Assembly: GCF_963921235.1 (NCBI RefSeq)
Contig: NC_086109.1
Location: 27,282,001-27,346,000 of the forward strand
Direction of reading: 5' to 3'
Length of the DNA: 64,000 nt
From: Mobula hypostoma
Lineage: Eukaryota
Made by a program: the position numbers and the translations under genes. The notes under the pieces were generated by a model. The model had not been told where the DNA came from and did no database searches. It worked only from the letters and a program-made list of their open reading frames with translations. Positions 14,230 through 26,943 of the stretch are shown here, piece by piece. The stretch's first letter is position 1. Each line of letters begins with the position of its first letter.

Positions 14230-14590
14230 CTTACAGTGACCCAAGAAATCCAACATGGGCTCGAAGAATAGCATCTCATCCTCAAATCTGGCACAGTGCA
14301 GCCTTCTACACTCAACACTGATTTCAGCAATTCCAGATAATCAGTGATCTTAGTTCTGTATCTCATTTTTTTAACTTCCATTTACTTATGTTATCTCAGA
14401 GTTCATTAATCTCCCTCTAATTAGACTTCTTTCATACATGTCCTGACCACTCTCTCTCAGCCTTTTCCAATATCAAATACCTTACCTCTATTGTTCCTTA
14501 TCCCTTCTTTGCAACTGAAAACTTATTACATTTCTGACCCTTAGAAGCCCTGATAAACATTTATCAATGAGAAGCATTAACTCCAAACTT
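14230..14590 (+). mobile_element. Penelope-like element, GIY-YIG C-terminal remnant
   Basis: LEE*HLILKSGTVQPSTLNTDFSNSR matches the motif EEQHLIFHLGSLQPDGMN seen at 63570-63620. Confidence 0.7.
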
Positions 14591-14649
14591 TTTCATGCCA
14601 TGGAGCTCTAACATTAAATGAGGGGTTTGCGTTCCTCAGGCTGGGACCC

Positions 14650-14860
14650 GCTTCGCCGGAGTTTACAGAGAACGGTGCAAAAAGCAAGAAGCATTCAGTG
14701 AGCGGCAGTTTTGTGGGCAAAAACACTTTGTTAATGAGAGAGGTCAGAGGAGGATGGCCAGACTGTTTCAAGCTGACAGGAAGGTGACACCAAACTCAAA
14801 TAAACATGTGTTAATGTGGTTAATGTGCAGAAGAGCAACTCTGAATGCATTAACTTGTGG
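14650..14860 (+). mobile_element. Tc1-like internal fragment
   Basis: ttgttaatgagagaggtcagaggaggatggccagactgtttcaagctgacagg closely matches 40910-40965. Confidence 0.7.
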
Positions 14861-15111
14861 GAAGGTTGCATTCAATTACTCCAAAAATAGTTTTAATGAC
14901 TGTAATGTAGAGTTAACACAGACACACTGCACCTGCTTGTAGCTCTACACCAGACTTGTTCCTTCTACCTCATAACTTGGCCACAGCTAATCTACCCTGA
15001 CAGTTTCATCATATCACCAGTGTACTGCAGACACTTACATACTACCCTTGTTCCTGTTACAAAATTTTACAAATTTACAGCCCTCTGAGTGGAAAACTTT
15101 CTCCCCATAAT

Positions 15112-15435
15112 CCCCGATGTTGGGGAAGTCCAGAACGAGGGGCCACCGTTTGAGGATAGAGGGGAAGCCTTTTAGGACCGAGATTAGGAAAAACTTCTTC
15201 ACACAGAGAGTGGTGAATCTGTGGAATTCTCTGCCACAGGAAACTGTTGAGGCCAGTTCATTGGCTATATTTAAGAAGGAGTTAGATATGGCCCTTGTGG
15301 CTACGGGGGTCAGGGGGTATGGAGGGAAGGCTGGGGAGGGGTTCTGAGTTGGATGATCAGTCATGATCATAATAAATGGCGGTGCAGGCTTGAAGGGCCG
15401 AATGGCCTACTCCTGCACCTATTTCCTATTTTCTA
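15112..15435 (+). mobile_element. Relatively young 5'-truncated CR1 LINE
   Basis: Open ORF SRTRGHRLRIEG..FFTQRVVNLWNSLP; CR1 3' UTR. Appears to split an older minus-strand CR1 remnant (15060-15110 and 15436-15490). Confidence 0.85.
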
Positions 15436-15929
15436 ATCATGGCTAATTTTATATCCTGAAACCATGACTGTAATCCTTGAATCTTCTGTTTTGGTATTCA
15501 GCCTACTTGTAAGCAAAAGAAAAGTCTCAGTTTTTCGATACTTTATATCTGTTCACGCTCGCTTTGTGATGACAAAGTTCTTGGCTTCGGTAAGTAGCAT
15601 CTGTCAAAAATTCAGTACCTGGGAGAGAATGTCACATTGGATTGCTCGAAGCATATGCAACAGTATCATCTGTCAGTTTTATTCACTTCCCACATATCTG
15701 GTCCCACTGAAGTCAATAAAACCTCATGTAATGAATCGAATACAAATAGTAGCCAGTACCTGTGTTCATGCTTGCCATTTGCAACTAAAGGTATATTTTG
15801 TTCACCTCTGCCTTCCCATATATCTTGTTTAATAAAAACAAGTGCTGATACAAAGTCTCACAGAAAGTCATGGAATGTGTGGGATTACAGCAAGCTATGC
15901 TAGAGTCAATGATTCAATATGATAAAGAG

Positions 15930-18900
15930 TTGACCCTGAACAATAACCACGATGCAGGATATAAATTTCAATGGAAAGTAGAAAAAACATGTAATAAGAC
16001 AGGTGACGGGGAGGAGATACATCTCTACCAAAGGAGTGTAAGGCACTCTTTCCTTTCACTAGCCTGCAGCCTGCAGGTCACCGTTGGGCAAGGTGTAGCA
16101 CCTGCGCAGCACCCCCGCCCTCCGAATCAGGGTCACGTGAAGCCATTGGAGCAGGTTGTGGATGGTCACATGAGAAGCTGGTGCAAAATACAAGTCCTGG
16201 TTATGCGACAACTGACACCAGACTGACAACCTCTGAAGTGTATTTATAATGGCTGGTGTCACCCTGACTTGTAAAGACGCTGCCGAGAAGAAGGCAATGG
16301 CAAACCACTTCTGTAGAAAAAAATTGCCAAGAGCAATCATGGGCAATACACTATAATCACCCACATCATTTGACATGACACATAATGATGTAATAAGAGC
16401 AATGTTACGATAATCACGGGGGATTTTAACATCCAGGTAGATTGGGAAGACCTGATTGGTGTTGGATCCTAAGACAGGGAATTTGTAGAATACCTATAAG
16501 ATGGCTTTTTAAAATCAACTTGTGGTTGAGCCCACTAGGGAAAAAAGCAATGCTGGATTGGGTGTTGTGTAATGAACCAGATTTGATTACGGAGCTTAAG
16601 GTAAAGGAACCCTTGGGAGTCAGTGATCATAATATGATAGAATTCAACCTGCAGTTTGAGAGAGAGAAGATAAAGTCAGATGTATCAGTATTACAGTGGA
16701 GTAAAGGGAATTACAGAGGCATGAGAGAGGAGCAGGTCAAATTTGATTGGAATGGGACACGAGTAGGAATGTTGGCAGAACAGCAACGACTGGAGTTTCT
16801 GGGGGCAATTCAGAAGGCACAGGATAGATATAACCCAAAGATGATAAAGCATTCTAGAAGGAGGATGAGACAACTATGGATGACAAGGGAAGCCAAAGAC
16901 ATCATAAAAGCAAGAGAGAGGGCATATAATACGGTGAAAATTAGTGGGAGGTTAGAGGATTGGGAAGCTTTTAAAAAAACAACAGAAGGCAACTAAAAAT
17001 ACCATAAGGAGAGAAAAGATGAAGTAGGACGGTAACCTAGCCAAAAAGATTAAAGAAGATACCAAAAGATTTTTCAGCTACATAAAGAATAAAAGAGAGG
17101 CGAGAGTGGACTGCTGAGAAATGAGCTGGAGAATTAGTAATGGGGGACAAAGAAATGGGACATGAACTTAAGAAGTGTTTTGTGTCAGTTTCCTCTGTGA
17201 AAACTAGTAGTGTGCCAGTAATTTGAGTGTCAGGGGGCAGAATTGAGTGTAGCAGCTATTACTAAGGAGAAGGTGTTTGTGAAGCTAAGGTCTGAAGGGA
17301 GGTAAGTCACTGGACCAAATGGACTACACCCCAGGGGTCTAAAAGGGGTAGCTCAAGAGATTGTGGAGGCATTGGCAATGATATTTCAAGAATCACTAGA
17401 TTCTGAAATGGCTTCAGAGGACAGGAAAATTGCAAACGTCACTATACTCTTTCAGAAGTGAGGAATGCAAAAGAAAGGAAATTATAGGCCAGAGGCACAT
17501 GATAAAACATGATAAAATAGTTTTCTAAAGGGGAGTTCTTGCCTGACAAATTTGTTGGAATTCTTTGAGGAAATAATAGGCAGGATAGACAAGGGAGAGT
17601 TAGTGTATTGTTCACTTGGATTTTCAGAAGACCTTCGACAAGATGCGGCACATGACACTGCTTAACAAGTTAACAACCCATGGTATTACAGGAAAGATAC
17701 CAGCATGGATAGAAGATAGGCTGATTAGCAGAAGGCAAAGAGTTGGAATAAAGGGGGCCTATTCTGGTTGGCTGCTGGTGATAAGTGGTGTTCTGCCGGG
17801 GTCAGTGTTGGCATAATTTCTTTTCATGTTTTATGTCAATAATTTGAATCACAGAACTGAAGGGTTTTTGCTAGTGTAGGAAGCAGGGAGTTTGCAGAAG
17901 GACTTGTACAGATTGGAAGAATGGGCAAAGAATTGGTAGATGGAATAGAGCATAGGGAAGAATATGGCCATGCACTTTATTAGAAGGAATAAAGGTCAAG
18001 ATTATTTTTTAAATGGGAGAAAATTCTAAATTCATAAGTGTGGAGGGAATTGGGAGTCTTTTTGCAGGATTCCCTGAAGGTTAACTTGCAAGTTGACCTG
18101 GTGGTAAGAAAGGCAAATGCAGTATTAGCATTCATTTCAAGAGGACTAGAATATGTCTTTTAAAAGTTATGGGGAGAAGGCAGGAAAATGGGGTTGTGAG
18201 GGAAATGGATCGGCCATGATTAAATGTTGGAGCAGACTCGATTAGCTGAATGGCCTAATTCTGCTCCAATGTCTTATGGTCTTATAAGAGCCAGAATGTG
18301 ATGCCGGGACTTTATAAGGCATTGGTCAAAACACGCTTGGATTATTTTGAACAGTTTTGGGCAGCTTATCTAAGAAAAAATGTGCTGGCATTAGAGAGGG
18401 TCCAGATGATGTTCGTGAGAACAATTCGGGGAATGAAAGGTTAACATATGAGGAACATTTGATGGCTCTGGACCTGTACTCACTGGAGTTTATAAGAATG
18501 AGGGGGAAATCTCATAAAACCTGTTAAATATTGCAAGGCCTAGACAGACTGGATGTGGTGAGGATGTTTTCTATACTGTGTGAGTCTAGGGCCAGAAGGC
18601 ACAGACTCAGAATAGAGGGACTTTCATTTAGAACAGGGATGAGTAGAAACTTCTTTAGTCAGAGGGTGGTCAATCTGTGGAATTCATTGCCACGGGAGGG
18701 TGTGAAGGCCAAGTTATTGAGTATATTGAAAGAAATGATTGATAGGTTCATCTGTAGTTTTTTGCTTGTTTGTAATTGATAGGTTCTTAGTTTATCAGGG
18801 CATCAAAGGTTATGGTGAGAAGGCAAGAGAATGGGTGTTCAGAGGGATAGTCATGATGGAACAGTGGTGCGGACTCAATGAGCCGAGTAGCTTAATTCTG

Positions 18901-18935
18901 CTACCATTTTTTTATATCTTACATTCTTATGATCT
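15930..18935 (+). mobile_element. Decayed CR1 LINE ORF2 (APE endonuclease plus RT), interrupted by two insertions
   Basis: GDFN, LDWVLCNEP..SDHNMIEF, DFQKTFDK, FFSQRVVNLWNSLP motifs with many frameshifts. Confidence 0.9.
16000..16387 (+). mobile_element. RTE/BovB-type short element (SINE-like) with 11-bp TSD
   Basis: TSD atgtaataaga at 15989-15999 and 16388-16398; internal gaaggcaatggcaaaccacttctg motif; ATG-like tail. Confidence 0.7.
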
Positions 18936-19249
18936 TAATTTTAGAAGATGATTCTGAACACAGCCCACTGTTGGTAAACTTATAAGCATTTTTTCTGACT
19001 GCAAGGATCCAATACTGGCAAATAGTTAATTCCAAATTTACGTTTATTAAACATGATACAAGCAACCTTATACGCAGAATTTAAAGTGTTCCTAATTGGA
19101 TACTAAACAAGCAATATTACTCCAAGACCCCTATCCAACTCTTGCTCTTTTTCCCCAGTGCATTCTGGAGAATTAAGCAGCTGTGTGTGGTCCTCACAAT
19201 GGATTAGGAGGTTCCTCTCATATCCCATTACACAATATAATAATGACAG

Positions 19250-20310
19250 TCTACTCCTTAAAAAGGCGGGGGGCAAAATATAGGAAATCATAGGCCAGTT
19301 ATCCTAACTTCAGTGGTTGGGAAGATGTTGGAAGCATACAAGCAAGGACTAAAAAAGGCCAAAGTCAGCATAGTTACATCAAGAGGAAATCTTGCCTAAT
19401 AAATCTGTTGGAATTCTTTGAGGAAATAACAGGCAGGATAGACAGTCAGTAGATGTTGTTTACTTGCATTTTCAGAAGGCCTTTGTTGACGTGCCGCACA
19501 AGGCTGCTAAACAAAGTAAGAACCCATGGTACTACAGGAAAGGTATTAGCATGAACAAAAGATTGTTGATTCATGACGAGCAGAAGGCAAAAAGTGTGGG
19601 ACCTTTCTTGCTTGGCTGCTGATAACTAGTGGTGTTCTGTAGGGTTGGTGTTAGGTCCACTACTTTTCACATTATATGCTAACATGATTGATAGATCAGA
19701 TGGGCCTATTTCTGTGCTAGAGTACTCCATGACTCTATGATTCTAATGTTGAGACTTCATAAGGCATTGGCCCGACCATTTTTGGAGTGTTGTGAATATT
19801 TCTGGGCCCTATATCTAAGAAAATATGTGCTAGCATTGGGAAGGGTTCAGAAGAGGTTTACAGGAATGATCCCAGGAATAAAAGGTTTAACATATGTAGA
19901 GAGCTTGATGGCTCTGTGCCTGTATTTGCTGGAATTTAGAAGAATGAGGTGTCATCTCATTGAAACCTACTGAATATTGAAAGGCATAGATGGAGTGGAT
20001 GTGCAGAAGGTGTTGCAAATAGAGGGAGAGTCTAGGACCAAAGGTTGTCCCTTTACAATGGAGATGTGGGGGAATTCCTTTAACCAGGCGGTGGTATATC
20101 TGTGGAATTTATTGCAACAGATGGCTACGGAGGCCAATTTTTTGGGTATATTTTAAAGGGATATGGGATAGGTTCTTGATTAATAAGAGTGCCAAATGTT
20201 ACAGGGAGAAGGCAGGAGAATGAGTGGGGCAATAAGTCAGCCAAGATGAAATGGTGGAACAGACTTGATGGGCTGAGTGGCCTAATTATACTCCGACGTT
20301 TTATGGTCTT
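19250..20310 (+). mobile_element. Decayed, internally deleted CR1 LINE RT fragment
   Basis: LTSVVGKMLE, NLLEFFEEIT and LEFRRMR motifs; ttatggtctt tail. Confidence 0.85.
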
Positions 20311-20720
20311 ACAACTTCAGCACCATAAAAAGCCAAAAGTGGGAAAAAATATCTAATTTTCTTCCTTTCATAGATTGTCATCCCTCTATCAGTAAATGAG
20401 ATGGTGGTGAAAGAAAGCAAGGGCAAAAGAATGGAGGTCAGGAAAGCGAAAGGAGCAGTGATCTGCTGAGGGAAGGAAGCAATGGCTAAAGAGCAAGATT
20501 ATATTCAAGTAAAAGAGGATTATATTTGGAAAAAATGATTTTTGATCAGCGTGGCACCAGGGGTGCAGGAGTAAATTGTGGTTAAAGCAAAAGATGGCAG
20601 GGTGGGGTGGATAAAGGAGGAGGAGGAGGGGAACTTGGTAGATTGTTGAGCTGAGAAGAAGACTTCTGTTCATTTTGCCCAAATGCTTTGAAGGAATTTA
20701 TGAACCTAGCCTCTCCATGT

Positions 20721-22675
20721 CAATAGACAATAGACAATAGGTGCAGGAGTAGGCCATTCAGCCCTTCAAGCCAGCACCGTCATTCACTGTGATCATGGCT
20801 GATCATCCACAATCAGTACCCTTTTCCTGCCTTCTCCTCATATCCCTTACTCCGCTATCTTTAAGAGCTCTATCTAACTCTTTTTTGAAAGAATCCAGAC
20901 AATTGGCCTCCACTGACTTCTGAGGCAGAGCATTCCACAGAACCACAATCCTCTGTGTGAAAAAGTTTTTCCTCAATTCCGTTCTAAATTGTCTACCCCT
21001 TATTCATAAACTGTGGCCTCTGGTTCTGGACTCCCCCAACATCTGGAACATGTTTCCTGCCTCTAGCGTGTCCAATCTCTTAATAATCTTATATGTTTCA
21101 GTCAGATCCCCTCTCATCCTTCTAAATTCCAGTGTATACAACCCCAGTCGCTCCAATCTTTCAACATATGGCAGTCCCTCCATCCTGGGATTTAAACTTG
21201 TGAACCTACTCTGCACTCCCTCAACAGCTATAATGTCCTTCCTCAAATTTGGAGACCAAAACTGTACACAATATTCCAGGTGTGGTCTCACCAGGGCCCT
21301 GTACAACTGCAGAAGGACCTCTTTGCTCCTATACTCAATTCCCCTTGTTATGAAGGCCAACATGCCATTAGCTTTCTTCACTGCCTGCTGTATCTGCATG
21401 CTTACTTTCAGTGACTGATGAACAAGGAGCTAGGGCTTTACTCTTTGGAGAGAAGGAGGATGAGAGGAGGCATGATAGAGGTGTACAAGATAATAAGAGG
21501 AATAGATAGAGTGGATAGCCAGCGCCTCTTTCCCAGGGCACCACTGCTCAATACGAGAGGACATGGCTTTAAGGTAAGGGGTGGGAAGTTCCAGGGGGAT
21601 ATTAGAGGAAGGGTTTTTACTCAGAGAGTAGTTGGTGCATGGAATGCACTGCCTGAGTCAGTGGTGGAGGCAGAAACACCAGTGAAGTTTAAGAGACTAC
21701 TAGTCAGGTATATGGAGGAATTTAAGGTGGGGGCTTATATGGGAGGCAGGGTTTGAGGGTCGGCACAACATTGTGGGCCGAAGGGCCTGTACTGTGCTGT
21801 ACTATTCTATGTTCTATATCTCGTTGTACTTCCCCTTTTCCTAACTTAACACCATTCAGATAGTAATCTGCCTTCCTGTTCTTGCTACCAAAGTGGATAA
21901 CCTCACATTTATCCACATTAAACTGCATCTGCCATGCATCTGCCCACTCACCCAACCTGTCCAAGTCACCCTGCATTCTCATAACATCCTCCTCACATTT
22001 CACACTGCCACCCAGCTTTGTGTCATCTGCAAATTTGCTAATGTTACTTTTAATCCCTTCACTTAAATCATTAATGTATATTGTAAATAGCTGCGGTCCC
22101 AGCCCCGAGCCTTGCGGTACTCCACTAGTCACTGCCTGCCATTCTGAAAAGGACCCATTAATCCCTACTCCTTGTTTCCTGTCTGCCAACCAATTTTCTA
22201 TCCATGTCAGTACCCTACCCCCAATACCATTTGCTCTAATTTTGCACACTAACCTCCTATGTGGGACCTTATCAAAGGCTTTCTGAAGGTCCAGGTACAC
22301 TACATCCACTGGCATTCCCATGTCAATTTTCATAGTTACATTCTCAAAAAATTTCAGAAGATTAGTCAAGCATGATTTCCCCTTCGTAAATCCATGCTGA
22401 CTCGGACCTATCCTGCCACTGCTATCACGTCTTTTATAATTGATTCCAGCATCTTCCTCATCACTGATGTCAGACTAACTGGTCTACAATTGCCTGTTTT
22501 CTCTCTCCCTCCTTTCTTAAAAAGTGGGATAACATTAGCTACCCTCCAATCCGCAGGAACTGATCCTGAATCTGTAGAACATTGGAAAATGATTACCAAT
22601 GCGTCCACGATTTCTAAAGCCACCTCCTTAAGTACCCTGGGATGCAGACCATCAGGCCTTGGGGATTTATCAATC
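20721..22675 (-). mobile_element. CR1 LINE RT region, split by a plus-strand CR1
   Basis: ORFs 22408..22623, 21722..22369 (SGVPQGS, KFADDTKL) and 21004..21399; (CAATAGA)n tail at 20721. Confidence 0.93.
21423..21817 (+). mobile_element. 5'-truncated CR1 LINE nested in a CR1
   Basis: ORF 21418..21756 ELGLYSLERRR...FTQRVVGAWNALP is open; ttctatgttctat tail. Confidence 0.9.
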
Positions 22676-23289
22676 TATAATGTCATTTTACATGCAATGT
22701 TTCCAAAGTCTGGAACACCCAGTGAGTGGGGGCTGATAGTGAAAGTACTAAAAATGAAGGTACGTGCCTTTCTTAAAATGCTACAATGAGCAGCTCGCCT
22801 TGTGAGAGGTTTTGTTCCCCAAATCACTATCCACCTTCATTAAAGCCAAAGCTCAATCACTTTGAAGCAGGCAAAACATCTACTGCAGATTTTAGTACAA
22901 AACCACTATTTCGCAGAAACCACCCTGCAAGAAAGGGGAGAGTAAGGTTAACTCCAGCCCTATGTTTCTATCAAAGCACAAGAACTAATAATTTTGAAAA
23001 TCATCGATTTCTTTTGGAAGTATAGCAAAAGCTATGCCTAATATTATCATGGAATGTTAAACTGACCATGCATGGGGACATTTGTGGTTCGGAACCATGC
23101 CAACCATAATAGTTCTCTAATATGTCTAAGACATGAAAAATGAGGCCAATTGAAATGCCTGATACATTTTATGTGAATAAACACTGTTCTGCCAGTGTGA
23201 CATAATAGAACTGCTTAGGCTGGTTGTGGGTTGTGGGTAGAGGTCAAAATTGCTCACTGTAGAAAGTAAAGGTAAAGATTTGCTTTATT

Positions 23290-23565
23290 TGTCACATGTG
23301 TATCAACGACCAACACATTCTGAGGATGTGCTGAGGGCACCACAAGTGTTGCCACGCTTCTGGTGCCAACATGGCACGCCCACAACTCACTAACCCTAAC
23401 CGTACAATTTTAGAAGGTGAGAGGAAACAGGAGTACCAGGAGGAAACCCAAGCAATCATGGGTAGAACATACATGCTCTTTACACTCAGCGGTGGGAATT
23501 GAACCCAGATTGTATAGTTGGCACTGTAAAGCATAGCACCAACTGCTACGCTACACAATGCTGTA
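23290..23565 (-). mobile_element. tRNA-headed SINE
   Basis: gggaattgaaccc (B box on the minus strand) and ggaggaaaccca body. Confidence 0.7.
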
Positions 23566-23767
23566 CCGTGTAGCAGTGGTCCGTGGATGGGAAGGTAATG
23601 TTAAAGCCTTAACTCTGGAGGATTCACTTCTTCAAGGATTGCTGAACTGAGGAGTGGACTGGTGAAGGGGAAATCTGTTGATTGAAGGAGGAATTCAAGG
23701 TCCTGTGCAGATGCCAGATGATGAAAGGCACTCTCCAGTGTGGACAGAGACCTACAGTACATCAGAC

Positions 23768-24022
23768 GGAGAGGGAGGGGAGAGGAGAGAAGAGAGAAGG
23801 GAGAAGGTGGGAGGAAGAAGGGGTGAAGGGGAGGGAGAAGGGGGAAGGGGAGAAGGGGGAAGGGGAAGGGAGAAGGGGGAAGGGGAAGGGGAAGGGGAAG
23901 GGGGAAGGGGGAAGGGGGAAGGGGGAAGGGGGAAGGGGGAAGGGGGAGGGGGAAGGGGGGAAGGGAGGAAGGGGGGGGAAGGGGGGAAGGGGGGAAGGGG
24001 GGAAGGGGGGAAGGGGGAAGGG
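23768..24022 (+). repeat. Polypurine (GGGGAA/GGGGGAA)n tract
   Basis: About 250 nt of almost pure G/A with dozens of G4-G7 runs; accounts for ORFs 23678..24151 and 23682..24029. Confidence 0.95.
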
Positions 24023-24077
24023 ATACTAGTACCAGTATGGATCAGTCAAATGACCTCCTTCTGTGCTGTAACCCTAC

Positions 24078-24355
24078 TTATTAATTTATTTATTGAGTTA
24101 CAGCACAGAGAAGGTCTTTCTGGCCCTTTGAGCCACACTGCCCAGCAATAACCCGATTTAATCCTAGCACAATCACAGGACGATTTACAGTGACCAACTA
24201 ACCTACCAACCAGCATGTCGTTGGACTGTGTAGCACCCGGAGGAAACCCACACAGTCACAGAGCGAATGTAACACTTCTTACAGGTAGCAGCAGGAATTG
24301 AACTCAGGTCACCTGTACTGTAAAGTGTTTTGCTAACCACTACACTACAGAGCTG
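24078..24355 (-). mobile_element. tRNA-headed SINE
   Basis: Same family as 6745-7010 and 53160-53420. Confidence 0.8.
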
Positions 24356-26324
24356 TCCTTCGGTCATTCTTTGTCCTTTGAAGAGAGAGGCAGATAGTCC
24401 CAAATCGTAAATGAACAAAGATGACACAGTAGCAGCAAATGATTCCTTCAGAGTAGTTTTACATCGATTCTATCTTGATTTCTTTTTTAGTGTAACCATA
24501 TTGATCACAGATAATGCATGAATGTAATCTTAGATATAGACACCTACGTTCCCTGTGCAATACTATACTCACATAATTGGAAACAAATAAATTCTTGATC
24601 TGCTTTTTCACTCATGTAATATCCCCAGTGCTTCAAGTCATAAAAACATCGGCAGCCAAGTTGAATCTTAGAGAAGCAATCTGAATAAATTTGTTGAAAT
24701 GAATGCAGTAATGGCTCTCATAATCTTTAAGTGGAATAGAAAATGTCAATATGCATAACTAATACGTCTAATTTCCCACCATTATCATAATAAAAAGTTA
24801 TTAATAGGATAAAATGTTCTGACTTTCACACTATATCATGAGATGCAGGATTCTGAAAACACCGCAGTCCATTGGGCAATGGAGTTGTATAATATTAGTC
24901 CCAGTGGTGCTCCATTCTACTCATTAAGGATCTGATCACTTGTAATTAGCTCTTCCATGCTGTATTCCCAGAGCTCATTGAAATGCTTTAGTTTGTCTTA
25001 ATTTCTATTTGATCTGAATTACTGAACCATTCTTTACCATTTCGGATCTGTGCTGTACTTTCCAATCCATGTAAAGCTTGGCAAGTTTCACAAAGTTCTC
25101 ATGAGCAATATACCGCATGTAGTGAAGTCCCTGGTACTCAGACAAAAGGCAGTGAGATTACGAGACTCATAATATTTAGAGCTAGTGTTTTAGGATCAGG
25201 TGCAGCAGCCTATATTAAATGGACGATGAATTCTCGCTATTTGTGGTAGAAAAGTGCTTATAGCTCCAATCTAACAAGCCAAGCTGAACAATAGCTTGCT
25301 ATAAACACCAAGGCCCAGCCAGCCACTGAGCCAGCAAGCCTAAATAAGGCTATGTCATTAGCAATTATGCATAGTTTACTCCAGGCAAGATTAGACTTTC
25401 TAAGCAGGATCACTCAAAGTAATTCCAAATCATGACTCATTCTTCAGTTTCAAACAGAAGCATAACAGTAGATATGAAGGATGAAAGGGTGCATTCAGAA
25501 ACAGCAAATGGGAAGGTGGCTTGATTAGGAACAAGCTCCATCCACTCCATCTGCAGCCTTTTGAAACATCAGTGCAGATGCATCATTAATATTTATGAAA
25601 TGAGAATCCCATCAGCTGGTAGAACTTGCAGGTTATCCAAGCAGCAGAACATGATGGAGAAGCAGCTCTGGAAGATAAATACAAACCTATCATTGCATCC
25701 CACAAGTTTGCACCTTTGATACTTCAGTACGTCTCATTCACACCTGCAAAGCAATCCAAGACACTCCCTAAGCCCATCACCCCTACCCCACTGGCTTATC
25801 GAAGTGCTGGGCATAACTTTTAGACTGTTAATCATGTCATGGCAAACAGCCCAACAAATGTTTCAGTTTGCAATTATCTGGTGGAAATCTTAATGAGGCT
25901 TGGTCAAGTAACTTCAGCAGTAACTGCTGGAGAGGAGGTCTTCCTCTTCAGACCTTACAAAGGTTGCTTTAGATTTTTCTTTATTGGGACTCAGTATCAT
26001 TTCCAGTTATTGCTACTGGCATAACAAATGCTTTTTCTAGAATCACACAAAACCAGTGCTGGGTGACTCAGTGAAACTAGGGGTAGTAGACAAGTACCTG
26101 GCATTTGTTGTGGCATGTTAGAGAGAAAAATGGTCTCCATAAAAACAAAACACTAGCTCATGCAATATGTTAGAGGAGTAAATTAATTTGATTTATTAAC
26201 AAGATTTGTTTAAAAGAAAAAGTAAATTAATATAATCTGTCAACAATTTAAGCACAAAATTTGCAATAGATACATTGGATTGAAATATTGATATCTAGTC
26301 AACAGGTCCACAGAGCTGGGCTTA

Positions 26325-26835
26325 GAGTCATAGAAAAGTACAGCAGAGAAACAGGCCCTTCAGCCCATCTAGATCATGCTGATCCATTTAAACTGCCTAC
26401 TCCCATCGACCTGCACCGGGACCATAGCCCCCCATACCCCTATCATCCACCTACTTGCATTTAAACAATGCAAGCCAGCTTGCATTTAACCTATCTATAC
26501 CCCTCATAATTTTATATACCTCTATTAAATCTCCTCTCAATCTTTTACCTTCCAAGGAATAAAGTCCTAACCTATTCAATCTTTCCTTATAATTCAGGTC
26601 CTCCAGACACAGTAACATCCTTGTAAACTTACACTGTACTCTTTTAACATTACTTACATCTTTCCAGTAGTAGGTGACCAAAACTGCACACAATATTCTA
26701 AAATAGGCCTCACCAACGTTTTATACAACTTCAACATAACATACAATCTCCTGCTCTCAATACTTTAATCTATGAAGCAAATATTTCAAAAGCTTTCTTT
26801 ATGACCCTATCAACCCGTGATGCCACACTCAATGA
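26325..26835 (-). mobile_element. CR1 LINE 3' fragment
   Basis: ORF 26451..26693 RLNRLGLYSLE..RGDLIEVYKIM. Confidence 0.85.
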
Positions 26836-26943
26836 ATTAATTAAAAATAATTAATTTAAAAATGTATATTTTGCTTCTGCTTATTAATTTGACTGGATGC
26901 ATTGTTTTTGTTAATTAACACCACTTCAATGCATTTTATGAGA

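Noticed and set aside
23678..24151. Gly/Glu/Lys-rich ORFs (also 1220..1405)
   Set aside because: Translations of polypurine simple repeats.
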